Below, piece after piece: positions 49,333 to 59,128 of a stretch of 64,000 nt of DNA. The position numbers and the translations under genes are program-made. Source of the stretch: Candidatus Cloacimonadales bacterium (GTDB lineage Bacteria > Cloacimonadota > Cloacimonadia > Cloacimonadales > JAIOQZ01); NCBI GenBank assembly GCA_963674825.1, contig OY771587.1:2912001-2976000 (forward strand). Reading direction: 5' to 3'. Position 1 is the stretch's first letter; every line of letters starts with the position of its first letter. Under the pieces are notes generated by a model. That model was not told the origin of the DNA, ran no database searches, and saw only the letters and a list, made by a program, of their open reading frames with translations.

Positions 49333-51510
49333 TTATTTCAACAGAATCATTTTGCGCACGGATTCATGCCGGTCCGTCCAGAGGCGCGAGAAATAGACGC
49401 CGCTTGCTGCGTGTTGCGGTTTCCACACGATGCTGTGGCTTCCGGCGTCCAGCACTTCATCCAGCAGCGTTGCAACCTTCTGCCCCCGGACGTTGTAGAT
49501 CTCCAGCCTCGCGTGGCCGCGCTTCGACAGGTCGAACGAGATCGTCGTCTCCGGGTTGAACGGATTGGGGTGGTTGGGGTGAAGCAGCGCGGAGGGGGAT
49601 GCCATCGGGATGGTTTCGTCGTTGCTGTCCAGTCCATTGACCTGAGCAAGCACGAGGGACGAACCACTACAGATGACAATGTTGTTGTCATTGAGGAATT
49701 TTACCTGGCTATCCTGCCATTGAAAAACGGTGTTGAATTGGTCATCCGTTATGAAGGTTTTGAAGTAGTTATCGGAGAAAAGGTAGTGCGAATCGCCATT
49801 ACTTGAAGGGGCGTAATTATACGAGAATTGGTAACCCGGCACTTCGAGGGGTGCAAGTTCAATGGGATTATCCATGTCACTGATATCGTATGGGCATAGA
49901 CCTTCTTGAAATGGTAGCAGAACAGAATTTGACTTGAAGATTCTGGTTGTGTTTGGCATAAATGAGATTTCTGATAGGGAATAATCGGATTCGATACGAT
50001 AGTAGTGAATGCCAAGATGATAGGTATAGTTCTCAATAATAAAAATGTGACTGTCATCTAAAAACATGCTTGAGTTGGCATAGAAGTCAGGGTTGTATTC
50101 GCTCAAGAAGGATAGCTGATCACCCTCAATGCGATAGAGCCTGAAGATTACTTCATCATTGACATAGAATGCAAGGCACGCAAGATCATCATATATTGAA
50201 AACGTGAGGTAGTCTCCAGGCACGTCCAGATTGGTTATCGATTCAATTCCATAGTCTCCCATTTTCACGATCTGAACGTAGTTATCGAACCAGAATTCCC
50301 AGCTATCTTTATCACTACGGTATTTATTGATTGAGAACCATCCGTTGGTTTCGAAGGGAAGAAAATCCCTTGTGTGAAGATCATAGATGCAGTATTCATT
50401 CGAAGAGTAGTTCTGATCACTGTCCACGAGTAGTAGTAGATACCTGTCCATGATGATTTCTTGAAAATAGTAATAGGGCGATGTCGAGAGCAGGTTCTGG
50501 TTATCAAAATCATGATCGATACGATATATGTCTGAGTTAGTGAATCCGAAATAACCATCTCCATCAGGATACAAATTAAGCGTCCAGCCAGAAATGCCTA
50601 TCTGGAAGTCTTCCCGCTCGGATAGTTCGTTATTTATCCAATGAAATCTCACGATTGCGAAGTCGTCAAAATCTCGATTTCCTACAAAGACGATCTCATC
50701 ATCCTGAACCATGCAGCATTCGTGAATACCTGAGTAAAGCTGCCGCTCATCCTCAAGATGGAGAATCCCGCTATCGGTAAAAGAAAATACATCAAGGAAA
50801 TGCGTGTCATTTTGTAGTGTTACGACGAATAGATGATCATCATATAGAATGGCATCTGAAATGTAATTCGTATCAGGCCAGTCTTCGGTTGCGGGTTGCA
50901 GTTCCATTGTTGTCAGGTCATCGCATACCTTGATAACGCTTGTATATTCGACGAAGTAATAATGATTATCATGCTGAAATGCCTTGAAAGCTACACGGTT
51001 TGCCGATAAAACAATAGATGATACAAGCTCCGGCTCATGCAAATCTTCAATATTGTAGATCTCCCAACGTGAATCAACCGTTTCTTCATTTGGGAAAGTT
51101 AAATGACATTGAAACAGGTTTGTTCCCAATACATTCAATCCCTGCAATAAATATTCTGTTCCTGGCTCTTCATATTCAATGATTGTGTCGGTACAAAGGA
51201 GTTCATTGTTATCAATCTGATAGACATCAATTCCTTGATGTAAGTGGGCAATCAAAAAAGTGCTGTTGGTCAGTTGTCTTATCGGGTAATTGTGATTATC
51301 GCCGATATCGGTGTCGAGAAGCTCGATGTTATCTCCATCGATCCTGAAGATTTGACGGGTTCTGCCCGTGTTTGACAGGAATAATCCATCTCCAATCTTT
51401 ATTGATTGGTAAGGATGGATACCACCGAGGTCGATTTTGTCACCAAGCTGGATATCAATGGCATTTAAACATGCTGCAATTGTCAGTAAAACGAAAATAA
51501 TGTATTTCAT
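49333..51510 (-). CDS. Secreted protein with a T9SS type-A/FlgD-like CTD and an uncharacterised beta-rich (propeller-like) passenger
   Basis: Signal peptide; C-terminal NHPNPFNPETTISF...IYNVRGQKV...ASGVYF...RKMILLK; RBS GAGGA. Confidence 0.85.
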   Translation of the reverse strand: MKYIIFVLLTIAACLNAIDIQLGDKIDLGGIHPYQSIKIGDGLFLSNTGRTRQIFRIDGDNIELLDTDIGDNHNYPIRQLTNSTFLIAHLHQGIDVYQIDNNELLCTDTIIEYEEPGTEYLLQGLNVLGTNLFQCHLTFPNEETVDSRWEIYNIEDLHEPELVSSIVLSANRVAFKAFQHDNHYYFVEYTSVIKVCDDLTTMELQPATEDWPDTNYISDAILYDDHLFVVTLQNDTHFLDVFSFTDSGILHLEDERQLYSGIHECCMVQDDEIVFVGNRDFDDFAIVRFHWINNELSEREDFQIGISGWTLNLYPDGDGYFGFTNSDIYRIDHDFDNQNLLSTSPYYYFQEIIMDRYLLLLVDSDQNYSSNEYCIYDLHTRDFLPFETNGWFSINKYRSDKDSWEFWFDNYVQIVKMGDYGIESITNLDVPGDYLTFSIYDDLACLAFYVNDEVIFRLYRIEGDQLSFLSEYNPDFYANSSMFLDDSHIFIIENYTYHLGIHYYRIESDYSLSEISFMPNTTRIFKSNSVLLPFQEGLCPYDISDMDNPIELAPLEVPGYQFSYNYAPSSNGDSHYLFSDNYFKTFITDDQFNTVFQWQDSQVKFLNDNNIVICSGSSLVLAQVNGLDSNDETIPMASPSALLHPNHPNPFNPETTISFDLSKRGHARLEIYNVRGQKVATLLDEVLDAGSHSIVWKPQHAASGVYFSRLWTDRHESVRKMILLK

Positions 51511-51565
51511 ACTATCCTCAAGAACGGATAGGACCGTTGCCAGCCCTATCCAATATTGTTAGTGG

Positions 51566-51970
51566 TTAGGTTCCCGAAGGATCGGTTGGAGGTGTGCTTG
51601 GCACCCAATCTCGAAGGTCGCAAGTACCAACATTGAAAGGTGGAGAACTCCAGTTAGTGAAGTGGTTTGAACACGAGTCTGTTTTCATCGGATTATCATT
51701 TCTCCTGCACGTGCAAACTACGGTAATGGGCGTTGTCGCACTAGCGCTCGGTAGTCCTTCGGCAACATACCTACCTCCAATATCGTCACCAATGTTAGCA
51801 ACCCATTGAATGTAGGCTTGTGCAATCGGGAATGAATTCCCTTCCACATAGACTTTCATTATCCCTGATGCATTATCATTGGGGGCGTAGTATATGTTGA
51901 CATAGTAAACTGCTCCCATGAGGGTGCAGGCGACTACGATCATGATCAGTGTGATGAGTGCGTGTTTCAT
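51566..51970 (-). CDS. Small secreted hypothetical protein (Cys-containing, Pro/Thr-rich tail)
   Basis: ATG 51970 (MKHALIT) after AGGAGG; signal peptide; 4 Cys in the mature part. Confidence 0.7.
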   Translation of the reverse strand: MKHALITLIMIVVACTLMGAVYYVNIYYAPNDNASGIMKVYVEGNSFPIAQAYIQWVANIGDDIGGRYVAEGLPSASATTPITVVCTCRRNDNPMKTDSCSNHFTNWSSPPFNVGTCDLRDWVPSTPPTDPSGT

Positions 51971-52247
51971 AAATCCTCCTTTTCGTTTTGTTGTTGGTGA
52001 CACGCAAACGAAATGAGGTTATGTGAATTTGTTTTGCCCCAGAGAGAAAATGTCAAGCAGAAAGTGGATGTAACAAGTGTAGCATCGACGATTATGATAT
52101 CCTTCTATTTCTAACTGGGGGGGCATATGACATCCTATATGTTACAATATTTGAATGATTATAATTCGTTTGTCAAGAAATATATTTAATATTTATTATT
52201 CGAGTTGGTCGGATTTGGTGCTTCAGATGTGGCGGGGTTTATAAACT

Positions 52248-52280
52248 AAAAAACGGGACAAGCCGTGGCTTATCCCGTTT
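52248..52280 (-). terminator. Rho-independent terminator downstream of the C45 peptidase gene
   Basis: Minus strand AAACGGGATAAGCC-AC-GGCTTGTCCCGTTTTTT. Confidence 0.7.
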
Positions 52281-52455
52281 AGAATGCATATTATAGTATA
52301 TTCGCTAATATGAATTCGCTATGCGGAATCTGACGATCCACTTTCGCTATTTCGCTTCGCGAAAGGCTTTCGTTCGACCATTTCGTTTTGGCTACGCCAA
52401 ATACGAAATTATTATACTCTCCCCATCCATCAGATGATCTTGTGACTTGATGTCA

Positions 52456-53967
52456 CTATTTTAGCATCATCAGCTTGCCGATGGATTCGGATGAGCCTTT
52501 GCTGTTTTGCTGCTTTACGCGGCAGAGATAAACACCGGTTGAAAGGCCTTCAGCGTTCCACTCGAGTTTCTGGGTGCCTTGTTCAAGACGTCCCATGTCG
52601 CGCTTCAAGACGCGCTGTCCCTTCACGTTGTAGATTTCCACCGTAACATCCGATTGTTCCGCGAGGAAGAAGCGAATTTCGGTGCTGGGATTGAAGGGGT
52701 TGGGGTATGCTTGCGGCTTGATCTGGTTGACCGCGACGGTCTCGTCTTCGATGCCGGTTGTGTCGAAGAGATCGTCGATGAGGAACGTGGATTGCGTCTC
52801 GCCGTACGCGGGTGATCCCGACTGCGCAGAAGCGAAAGTGAGAACGCGCGTAACGCTGTTGTAGCGCATGGCGTGAACGTTGGTCGAGATACCCGCCGCG
52901 CCGGAAAGTAGATCCCAACTGCGGTAGTCGGTCATCTCGGTAGAGACTTCCAGCGAATCCACGATATGGGCATAACGATAGCAATATATTGGTTCGTACA
53001 GCGTGCGGAAATGGTTGGTTGCGGCGAGGTTATCGCCTGCAATTTCTGTGTTGTCGTTCACGTCGCGAACGGATACGCCGGCAGCGTTATTGTTCTCGAT
53101 CACGATTGGCAGATGGTCGCCATCCAGCGATACATGCACAATGGTTCCAATAGCGCGTCTGCGATCTTCTACCGCCTGCACGATATCCTGCGGGGTCTGT
53201 TCGCCGTCGCCGTCGTAGTCGATCTTCTCGATACCGTTACGCAGTGTCAGCATAATGGGATAGAAGCCGCCTGTATCGTTATTGTTGTGGTAGTTACCCA
53301 TATTCAGGAAGGTGGTCAGGCCGTTCTCGTTGATTGCGGAGAGTCCGCCGAACACACCCGGGAATGTGATGGAAATCCAGTCTTGCTCATCTTCTTCAGA
53401 GGGAAGAGAGACCAGAACCAACGGGTTACGGAACAATGAGGCGTTGGTCGCCCAGTCCATCATGCGGGTGATGACCAGTCCGCCTAGCAATTCGGGATCG
53501 TTTTCAGTGCTAGTACCCCAGGATGAGATACTCGAGCAGGCAAACATATCCGCCGGGAAGCGGACCGAATTGCTGAGATCGATCAGCGCGTTCGCCATCA
53601 GGATGTCGGTAGCGTCGAGTTCCCTTCCGAGTGGTTCGAAATACATATCAACGCCGGAATCGTTCGCACCTTCAATCATTCCTTCGGCTTCGGTTTGATA
53701 TTCGCTATCGACAACGAAAGCCGCTTGATAGATGGCACGCGCCTGATTGTAATAAGCTGGGTTGCCATAGCAGGCATAGTTGAACATGTAGTTTTCGAAA
53801 ACGTCGAGGAAGGCGTCTGCGAGGAAATATCCCTGAGCATAGCCACGATCGTGATGAGTACCCCATACGCGCAGCACAGTGCGTCCATCAACTTCCCACA
53901 TCTGACCGTTTTGGGCAAGAAGGGAGGTGATGCATAAAATAAAAATCCAGAATGCGAGCTTTTTCAT
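52456..53967 (-). CDS. C45-family (Ntn-hydrolase) peptidase/acylase with a T9SS-type CTD
   Basis: GTHHDRGYAQG, nucleophile ACSSIS, TRMMDW, SAINENG, ATNHF; CTD YPNPFNP...GKLMMLK. Confidence 0.82.
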   Translation of the reverse strand: MKKLAFWIFILCITSLLAQNGQMWEVDGRTVLRVWGTHHDRGYAQGYFLADAFLDVFENYMFNYACYGNPAYYNQARAIYQAAFVVDSEYQTEAEGMIEGANDSGVDMYFEPLGRELDATDILMANALIDLSNSVRFPADMFACSSISSWGTSTENDPELLGGLVITRMMDWATNASLFRNPLVLVSLPSEEDEQDWISITFPGVFGGLSAINENGLTTFLNMGNYHNNNDTGGFYPIMLTLRNGIEKIDYDGDGEQTPQDIVQAVEDRRRAIGTIVHVSLDGDHLPIVIENNNAAGVSVRDVNDNTEIAGDNLAATNHFRTLYEPIYCYRYAHIVDSLEVSTEMTDYRSWDLLSGAAGISTNVHAMRYNSVTRVLTFASAQSGSPAYGETQSTFLIDDLFDTTGIEDETVAVNQIKPQAYPNPFNPSTEIRFFLAEQSDVTVEIYNVKGQRVLKRDMGRLEQGTQKLEWNAEGLSTGVYLCRVKQQNSKGSSESIGKLMMLK

Positions 53968-54521
53968 ATAAACTCCTTTTGTAATGGAATCAGGTAATCA
54001 GCGTGAAGAACACGGTAGTGAGGGTGGTATAGTTTGCGGTAGGTTCGGCTGTGGTGAAACAATGGATTTTCGAGCTCGAATGCTTCCTCAATCTCCCGTG
54101 CCTGCTCTTCAAAGAACTGCAATTCCCTGTGTTCACTATATAAAATAGTTGAAATTTCTGTCCACATTTTTCGCCAGTGAATTAGTTCGACCGGTGGCGG
54201 TACGTTCGCGCTCTCCACGAATGCGTGTAGAAAGGCGTCCAGCTCTATATTGCCGTTTGTGATTGCATGCAGATTCACTCTGGAATATTTACCACGCCAC
54301 CCGATATCCTCGATCATGGGAAGATCCTCCTGAGACGGCTCACCTTGCATGCTCAGCAGCTCATGCATTAAGAACTGCTTCGCGGATTCGAGATCGTTTA
54401 CCATATGACCGGGGCCGAAAGCGCCTTGATAGAAGAGCTTGTAGTAATCGAACAGTTCGGCCTTGGGGCGTAGGCTATGTTCATGCCGTATTAGCTTGAT
54501 CACTTTTTCTCGTGTCGTCAT
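53964..54521 (-). CDS. Hypothetical protein
   Basis: Translationally coupled in the operon; DYYKLFYQGAFGPGHM, RVNL, HHSRTYRKLYHPHYRV look like conserved motifs. Confidence 0.75.
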   Translation of the reverse strand: MTTREKVIKLIRHEHSLRPKAELFDYYKLFYQGAFGPGHMVNDLESAKQFLMHELLSMQGEPSQEDLPMIEDIGWRGKYSRVNLHAITNGNIELDAFLHAFVESANVPPPVELIHWRKMWTEISTILYSEHRELQFFEEQAREIEEAFELENPLFHHSRTYRKLYHPHYRVLHADYLIPLQKEFI

Positions 54522-54524
54522 ACT

Positions 54525-56003
54525 TTATGCCTTGTACACAGTTTCATTGCGCTTGATGACACGTTGAATGGATGCATCCGGGGTTCCGATCTCTCCGCTG
54601 AGGCAGGTCATATCCGCCTGATAGCCGGGCTTGAGAAGCCCGAGGCGGTCTCCTGCACCGATCATCTTCGGCGGGTTCACCGTGAAAAGCTGTGTTGCCT
54701 GATCGAGGGTAAGTCGTTCATCAGGGTTGTTGTGGTTGATCGCGCTATGGATTCCGAGAAGCATGTTTAACTCGGTGATGTACCAGTCGGTGGAGCCTGC
54801 GATGAGTATTCCACGGTCATGCATCGATTTCAGACGGTTGGTTCTTCGTGTTCGTTCAATGCCGAGTACACGCTCGTACAAATCTTCTGGTCCGCCCCAG
54901 AGCTTATCAAAGACCGGCTGCATTGCGGCGTACATGCCGAATTCGGCCATGTCGTCCAGGATTCTGTCATTGGTGAGTTCACAATGGATGACGGTGTGAT
55001 GGAGTTCTCTGGCTCGCGTCTTCCCAAGCATTTTAACCGCGTCAACGTACTGACGGATGGCTGCGTCGCCGATCGCATGAACGAAGACTTGGAGGTTGTT
55101 GTCACTGGCTTCTTGAACGAACTTCTGCCAGAAGTTGTCAGAGCGATATAGATTACCTCTTGTTTCGGGTTTGTCGGTATATGGTTTGATCAGTCCTGCG
55201 GTGTGAGAGCCGAACGAGCCGTCAACCAGGATACAACCGCCGATCCGCGATGCGCCAAGTTCCACGGCTTTTTTTACATCGAACATTTGCGGATAAAGGA
55301 AATACTCCACCGGGAAATCATCCAGATGCGATTCAAGCAGTTTATAATGAAGCGGATCGTCGAAGCTGTCGCCAACCATGGTGTGGATGGAGGTGCAGCC
55401 GGCTTTCAGTGCAAGCTCCGATGCTTGCTTGTATGCGCTCAGAACGCCTTCATCATCCAGGTTCCGATGAAACCAGTGTGCTGCGAGGTCATTATATTTA
55501 CCGCGAACCGGGTTGGCGCTGTCAGACGGCGAGTTACCGTGCCAGTCGATCTTGCGGAACGCGATAGAATTCAATGCGCAGGAATGGCCGTCCACACGAC
55601 GAAGCAACAGCGGTGTATCGGGGACGACTCGATCAAGCTCATCGACAGTCGGGAAGCGCTTTTCAATTATATGGTTCTCGTCGTAACCGGATGCGAAGAT
55701 CATGCCTCCGATGGGATTAGCCGATTCAAGAAGTTGAAAAAGCTCGTCCAGCGATTTCACGGATCGCAGATCGACGCCAAGGCTGTAGAGCCCACCCTCG
55801 AAGGAGTGGGTGTGAGCGTCGGTGAAACCTGGATAGACATGCGCTCCGCCGAGGTCGATCCATTCCGCGTCAACGCGATGGGATGGATCTGGGGTTTCGG
55901 GAAAGAGGCTCATTACTTTTCCGTACTGGGCTACAAGGACTTTCGCGATGGGAAGATCGCTGTCCATTGTGTGGAAAGTAGCGTTGTAATAAATCTTACG
56001 CAT
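54525..56003 (-). CDS. Amidohydrolase-3 (YtcJ-like) protein
   Basis: PGFTDAHTH, RVDGH, DGSFGSHTA, VHAIGD, GSTD, PGYQAD. Start trimmed to ATG 56003 (MRKIYY), overlapping the maf stop. Confidence 0.9.
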   Translation of the reverse strand: MRKIYYNATFHTMDSDLPIAKVLVAQYGKVMSLFPETPDPSHRVDAEWIDLGGAHVYPGFTDAHTHSFEGGLYSLGVDLRSVKSLDELFQLLESANPIGGMIFASGYDENHIIEKRFPTVDELDRVVPDTPLLLRRVDGHSCALNSIAFRKIDWHGNSPSDSANPVRGKYNDLAAHWFHRNLDDEGVLSAYKQASELALKAGCTSIHTMVGDSFDDPLHYKLLESHLDDFPVEYFLYPQMFDVKKAVELGASRIGGCILVDGSFGSHTAGLIKPYTDKPETRGNLYRSDNFWQKFVQEASDNNLQVFVHAIGDAAIRQYVDAVKMLGKTRARELHHTVIHCELTNDRILDDMAEFGMYAAMQPVFDKLWGGPEDLYERVLGIERTRRTNRLKSMHDRGILIAGSTDWYITELNMLLGIHSAINHNNPDERLTLDQATQLFTVNPPKMIGAGDRLGLLKPGYQADMTCLSGEIGTPDASIQRVIKRNETVYKA

Positions 56004-56590
56004 TATTCGGTTCCGAGGAGTTGATGCAGCATTTTCTGGAACAGGTGTACCGGAAAGCCCATCACGTTGAAATAACATCCGTTGAGTTTGCTGATGAACT
56101 GGCTTCCGTATCCCTGGATTCCATAAGCTCCGGCCTTGTCGAACGGCTCCTGTGTCTCCAGGTACTGCTGGATTTCGGTGTCGGAGAGCTCTTTGAAGGT
56201 TACGCTGGTGCGTTCGCAGTCGTAAACTTCCCGTATGCCGCGAGTGACGCATACACCTGTATAGACTGAATGGGTATTGCCGGAAAGCCGTTTCAAGTAT
56301 TCGACAGCCTGGTCGGTTGAAATGGGCTTGTTCAGGATTTCGCCGTCTAGATAGACGATGGTGTCAGCGGCTACGACGATGCAATCTGGATCCATGATAC
56401 GCGCGACAGCCTCTGCTTTCTCTCGGGCGTGTCCGATCGCGGATCTGCGAGGCTGTTTATAGACGATGGTTTCGTCGATATGGGATGGGTGGATCAGTGT
56501 TTTGACGCCGATCATTTCGAAGATGGTCTTTCTGCGAGGCGATGCCGATGCCAGCACGACCTTTCGACCTTCGAGTAGTGTGTGTATCAT
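56003..56590 (-). CDS. maf: Maf (YhdE-type) nucleoside triphosphate pyrophosphatase
   Basis: LASASPRR, AADTIV, KP, DKAGAYGIQ, NVMGFP. Confidence 0.95.
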   Translation of the reverse strand: MIHTLLEGRKVVLASASPRRKTIFEMIGVKTLIHPSHIDETIVYKQPRRSAIGHAREKAEAVARIMDPDCIVVAADTIVYLDGEILNKPISTDQAVEYLKRLSGNTHSVYTGVCVTRGIREVYDCERTSVTFKELSDTEIQQYLETQEPFDKAGAYGIQGYGSQFISKLNGCYFNVMGFPVHLFQKMLHQLLGTE

Positions 56591-56591
56591 A

Positions 56592-57890
56592 TTATAATCT
56601 CATTAGTTTGGCTAATTTATCCTTGAGAAAATTGAGGTTGATGAACTTCTGCTCCCGTACGGACATGATAATCAAAATGATTCCTACGATTCCGAGCAGG
56701 ATGTTGGCCATCCACATGGATAGCAGGGGAGAGAGGAAACCGCGATCCGCCAGCTCTTCACCGCCGATAAGCGCGATATAATAGACCAGGAACACGAATG
56801 AACTGACTGAGAACGACATCCCGACACCGCTTGTGCGAGTCATCATTCCGACAGGTGCACCGACCAATACGAAGATCAGGCAGGCGAAGGCGATCGCTGT
56901 TTTCTTGTATATCTCCACCTCGAAAACGCGGATATCCTTCTTCATATCCTCGATCTTGTTGAGCTTGATGTTGAGCAGGTTGCGGCTCTTCTTCAACTCC
57001 TTGATGTTCTCATCTGTTTTTGGTGCATCTTCCTGCGCCGTGATATCTTTGCGTATGCTTTCGATATCGGCGTGAGTCTGTTCGATCTCTGTCTGGCGGC
57101 TGACGATCTGCTCTTTCATCTCTTTGGTGCTCAGCTCGCGATCGCCGCGATATTCTGTACTGACCTCCTGCTGCGAGAAGCCGAGGTCGGGGATATTGAG
57201 CACGAAGCGTTTGAATGTACGGACTTCATAGCGATCGTTGTCTGTGGCGTCGATGACGTGCATCTCGCCGTTGAAGAGGGTAGCCTGAAGGCTGTTTCCG
57301 CCGTTGGAGAGCTGGATGATTCCGCGCTCGGCCGTGATGGTCTGCGGGAATTTTCGATCTTCCTGATTGTAGATAATGATGCCCAGCATCTCGTCGCCGG
57401 CGTGTTCTTTCACGTAAATAGTGTAATTTTTCAGCTCGGTGAAAACGCCCGGCTTCAGCACGGAAATAGGACGTCGCGCGTTGGCTTTAATATACATGTT
57501 TTTGAGCTCGTGATTTGCCTCGGGCAGCACGCGATCGTTGAAATAGATCATGAAGATGGATAGGAAAATCGCGGCGATGACAGTGGGCCTCAGTAACGTA
57601 TAGATATTGATCCCGCAGGACTTGAACGCCACCAATTCGTTATCAGTGGATAGCCTGCCAAACGACATGATTGCAGCTGTGAGTACCGACATTGGCACCG
57701 AAAGCGCTAAGATAAATGGCAGGCTCAACGTGAAAATCCAGCCAACAGTCAGGATGTCGAGATGCTTGTCGATGATCAGATTCAGCAGGTCGATCAGGTG
57801 ATCGAGAAGCAGCAGAAACGTGATCACAAGCAGTGAAACCAGGAATGGCTTCAGGTTTTCCTTCAGGATATATTTTTCCAGAATCTTCAT
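56592..57890 (-). CDS. LptF/LptG-family LPS export permease
   Basis: ILEKYILKE, GRLSTDNELVAFKSCGI, periplasmic beta region, KKTAIAFACL, MWMANI. Confidence 0.9.
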   Translation of the reverse strand: MKILEKYILKENLKPFLVSLLVITFLLLLDHLIDLLNLIIDKHLDILTVGWIFTLSLPFILALSVPMSVLTAAIMSFGRLSTDNELVAFKSCGINIYTLLRPTVIAAIFLSIFMIYFNDRVLPEANHELKNMYIKANARRPISVLKPGVFTELKNYTIYVKEHAGDEMLGIIIYNQEDRKFPQTITAERGIIQLSNGGNSLQATLFNGEMHVIDATDNDRYEVRTFKRFVLNIPDLGFSQQEVSTEYRGDRELSTKEMKEQIVSRQTEIEQTHADIESIRKDITAQEDAPKTDENIKELKKSRNLLNIKLNKIEDMKKDIRVFEVEIYKKTAIAFACLIFVLVGAPVGMMTRTSGVGMSFSVSSFVFLVYYIALIGGEELADRGFLSPLLSMWMANILLGIVGIILIIMSVREQKFINLNFLKDKLAKLMRL

Positions 57891-58119
57891 GTTATCTATT
57901 CATACCTCATCTTAAACCGTTTACCGAAACGGGTTGGTCGCGTCAATAAAAAATGCAAATAGCCCAGAGCATTCGTTCCTCATTGTCAGACTCGTTTCTA
58001 TCTCAACAGTATGAATTATCTCAGTGCCTGGATTTTTTGAATAGCGTACTGATGATGTATAAATAAAAGAGAATTGGGAACGTTTCGTGCATCGCCTCGT
58101 TCTGTGGTAGTATACAGAT

Positions 58120-59103
58120 ATGAATAACCGAAATGGAAAGCAGAATATGAGGAAAACGAAACAGCGGTCGAACGTCCACATCTGGATGCACTACAATCCT
58201 GAGATCACCCGGGAAGAATGGGCTGCGAGGTTTCACAGACTGGATCATTTACGGATCCATCGTGTGTTCATCTCCGGTGATTTCACGACTGAATTGCTCG
58301 AAGTTGCTAAAAAGCATCACATAGAAATACACGCCTGTCATTCAATTCTCCAAAACAACGATCCCGAGCTGATAAATGATCGCCCGGACTGGTATATGGT
58401 CAACCGTTTAGGTGCGACAACAGCCGGTCTGCAAAACTGGCTTTGTATGAACAACCCCTTGGCGGTTAACCACGTGTACAGTCAGGTTGAGCAGCTTTGC
58501 CATATGCCTTTACTGAGCGGGATTCAGATGGATACAATTCGTTACCCGCAGCTCACGATCCAGAGCTACGATGGATCGGAAGAGCACGATGATCCGGCAG
58601 TGTCTGATTTTTGCTATTGCCCTTACTGCCGCGGTAAGTTCAAGAACAAGACCGGTATCGATCCGCTCGATATTGCGGATCCGACCAGGCATCAGCAGTG
58701 GAACCAGTTCCGCATTGATACGATCAATTATACCGTTCGGGAGATTACGCGCATCGCCAGAACATACGGAAAGGCGATAACTGCCGTGGTGCTTCCCACG
58801 CCCGAGGTTGCGCGTCACCTTGCATTCCAAGCATGGGATGAATGGGATATCGACGCCATCTACCCGGCGATGTTCAACGACTTCTTCCTGGAAGGAACCC
58901 AGTGGCTGGCTCGATGCATACACGAGAGCAAAGAGGTGGTCAGCGTCCCGATTTATGCCGGGCTGCATCTGCCGTCTTTCTCTGCCGAGATGCTCGATAT
59001 CGCACTTGACGCCTCATGGGAAGCTGCCGGAAGCGCGCTTTATGCCTTTGAGAATCTTCGCCACGAGCATGACGCGGTGCTGAGACGTAGAGGGCATTTT
59101 TAG
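58120..59103 (+). CDS. Glycoside-hydrolase-like TIM-barrel protein (GHL10/DUF187-like)
   Basis: PDWYMVNRLG, WLCMNNP, GIQMDTIRYP, DFCYCPYC, W..FR. Start may be 58147. Confidence 0.7.
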   Translation: MNNRNGKQNMRKTKQRSNVHIWMHYNPEITREEWAARFHRLDHLRIHRVFISGDFTTELLEVAKKHHIEIHACHSILQNNDPELINDRPDWYMVNRLGATTAGLQNWLCMNNPLAVNHVYSQVEQLCHMPLLSGIQMDTIRYPQLTIQSYDGSEEHDDPAVSDFCYCPYCRGKFKNKTGIDPLDIADPTRHQQWNQFRIDTINYTVREITRIARTYGKAITAVVLPTPEVARHLAFQAWDEWDIDAIYPAMFNDFFLEGTQWLARCIHESKEVVSVPIYAGLHLPSFSAEMLDIALDASWEAAGSALYAFENLRHEHDAVLRRRGHF

Positions 59104-59128
59104 GGACGTTACGAGTTACAAGAAAAAT

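Noticed and set aside
52283..52312. Xer dif-like site
   Set aside because: AT-rich and partly palindromic but lacks the TTATGTTAAAT-type XerD arm.
54525..56252. N-terminal extensions in the ORF track (also ispG 23603, PAP2 2025, btuF 5267, SBP 45274)
   Set aside because: They overlap neighbouring genes or terminators, or lack an RBS; downstream ATGs fit family length, RBS or coupling better.
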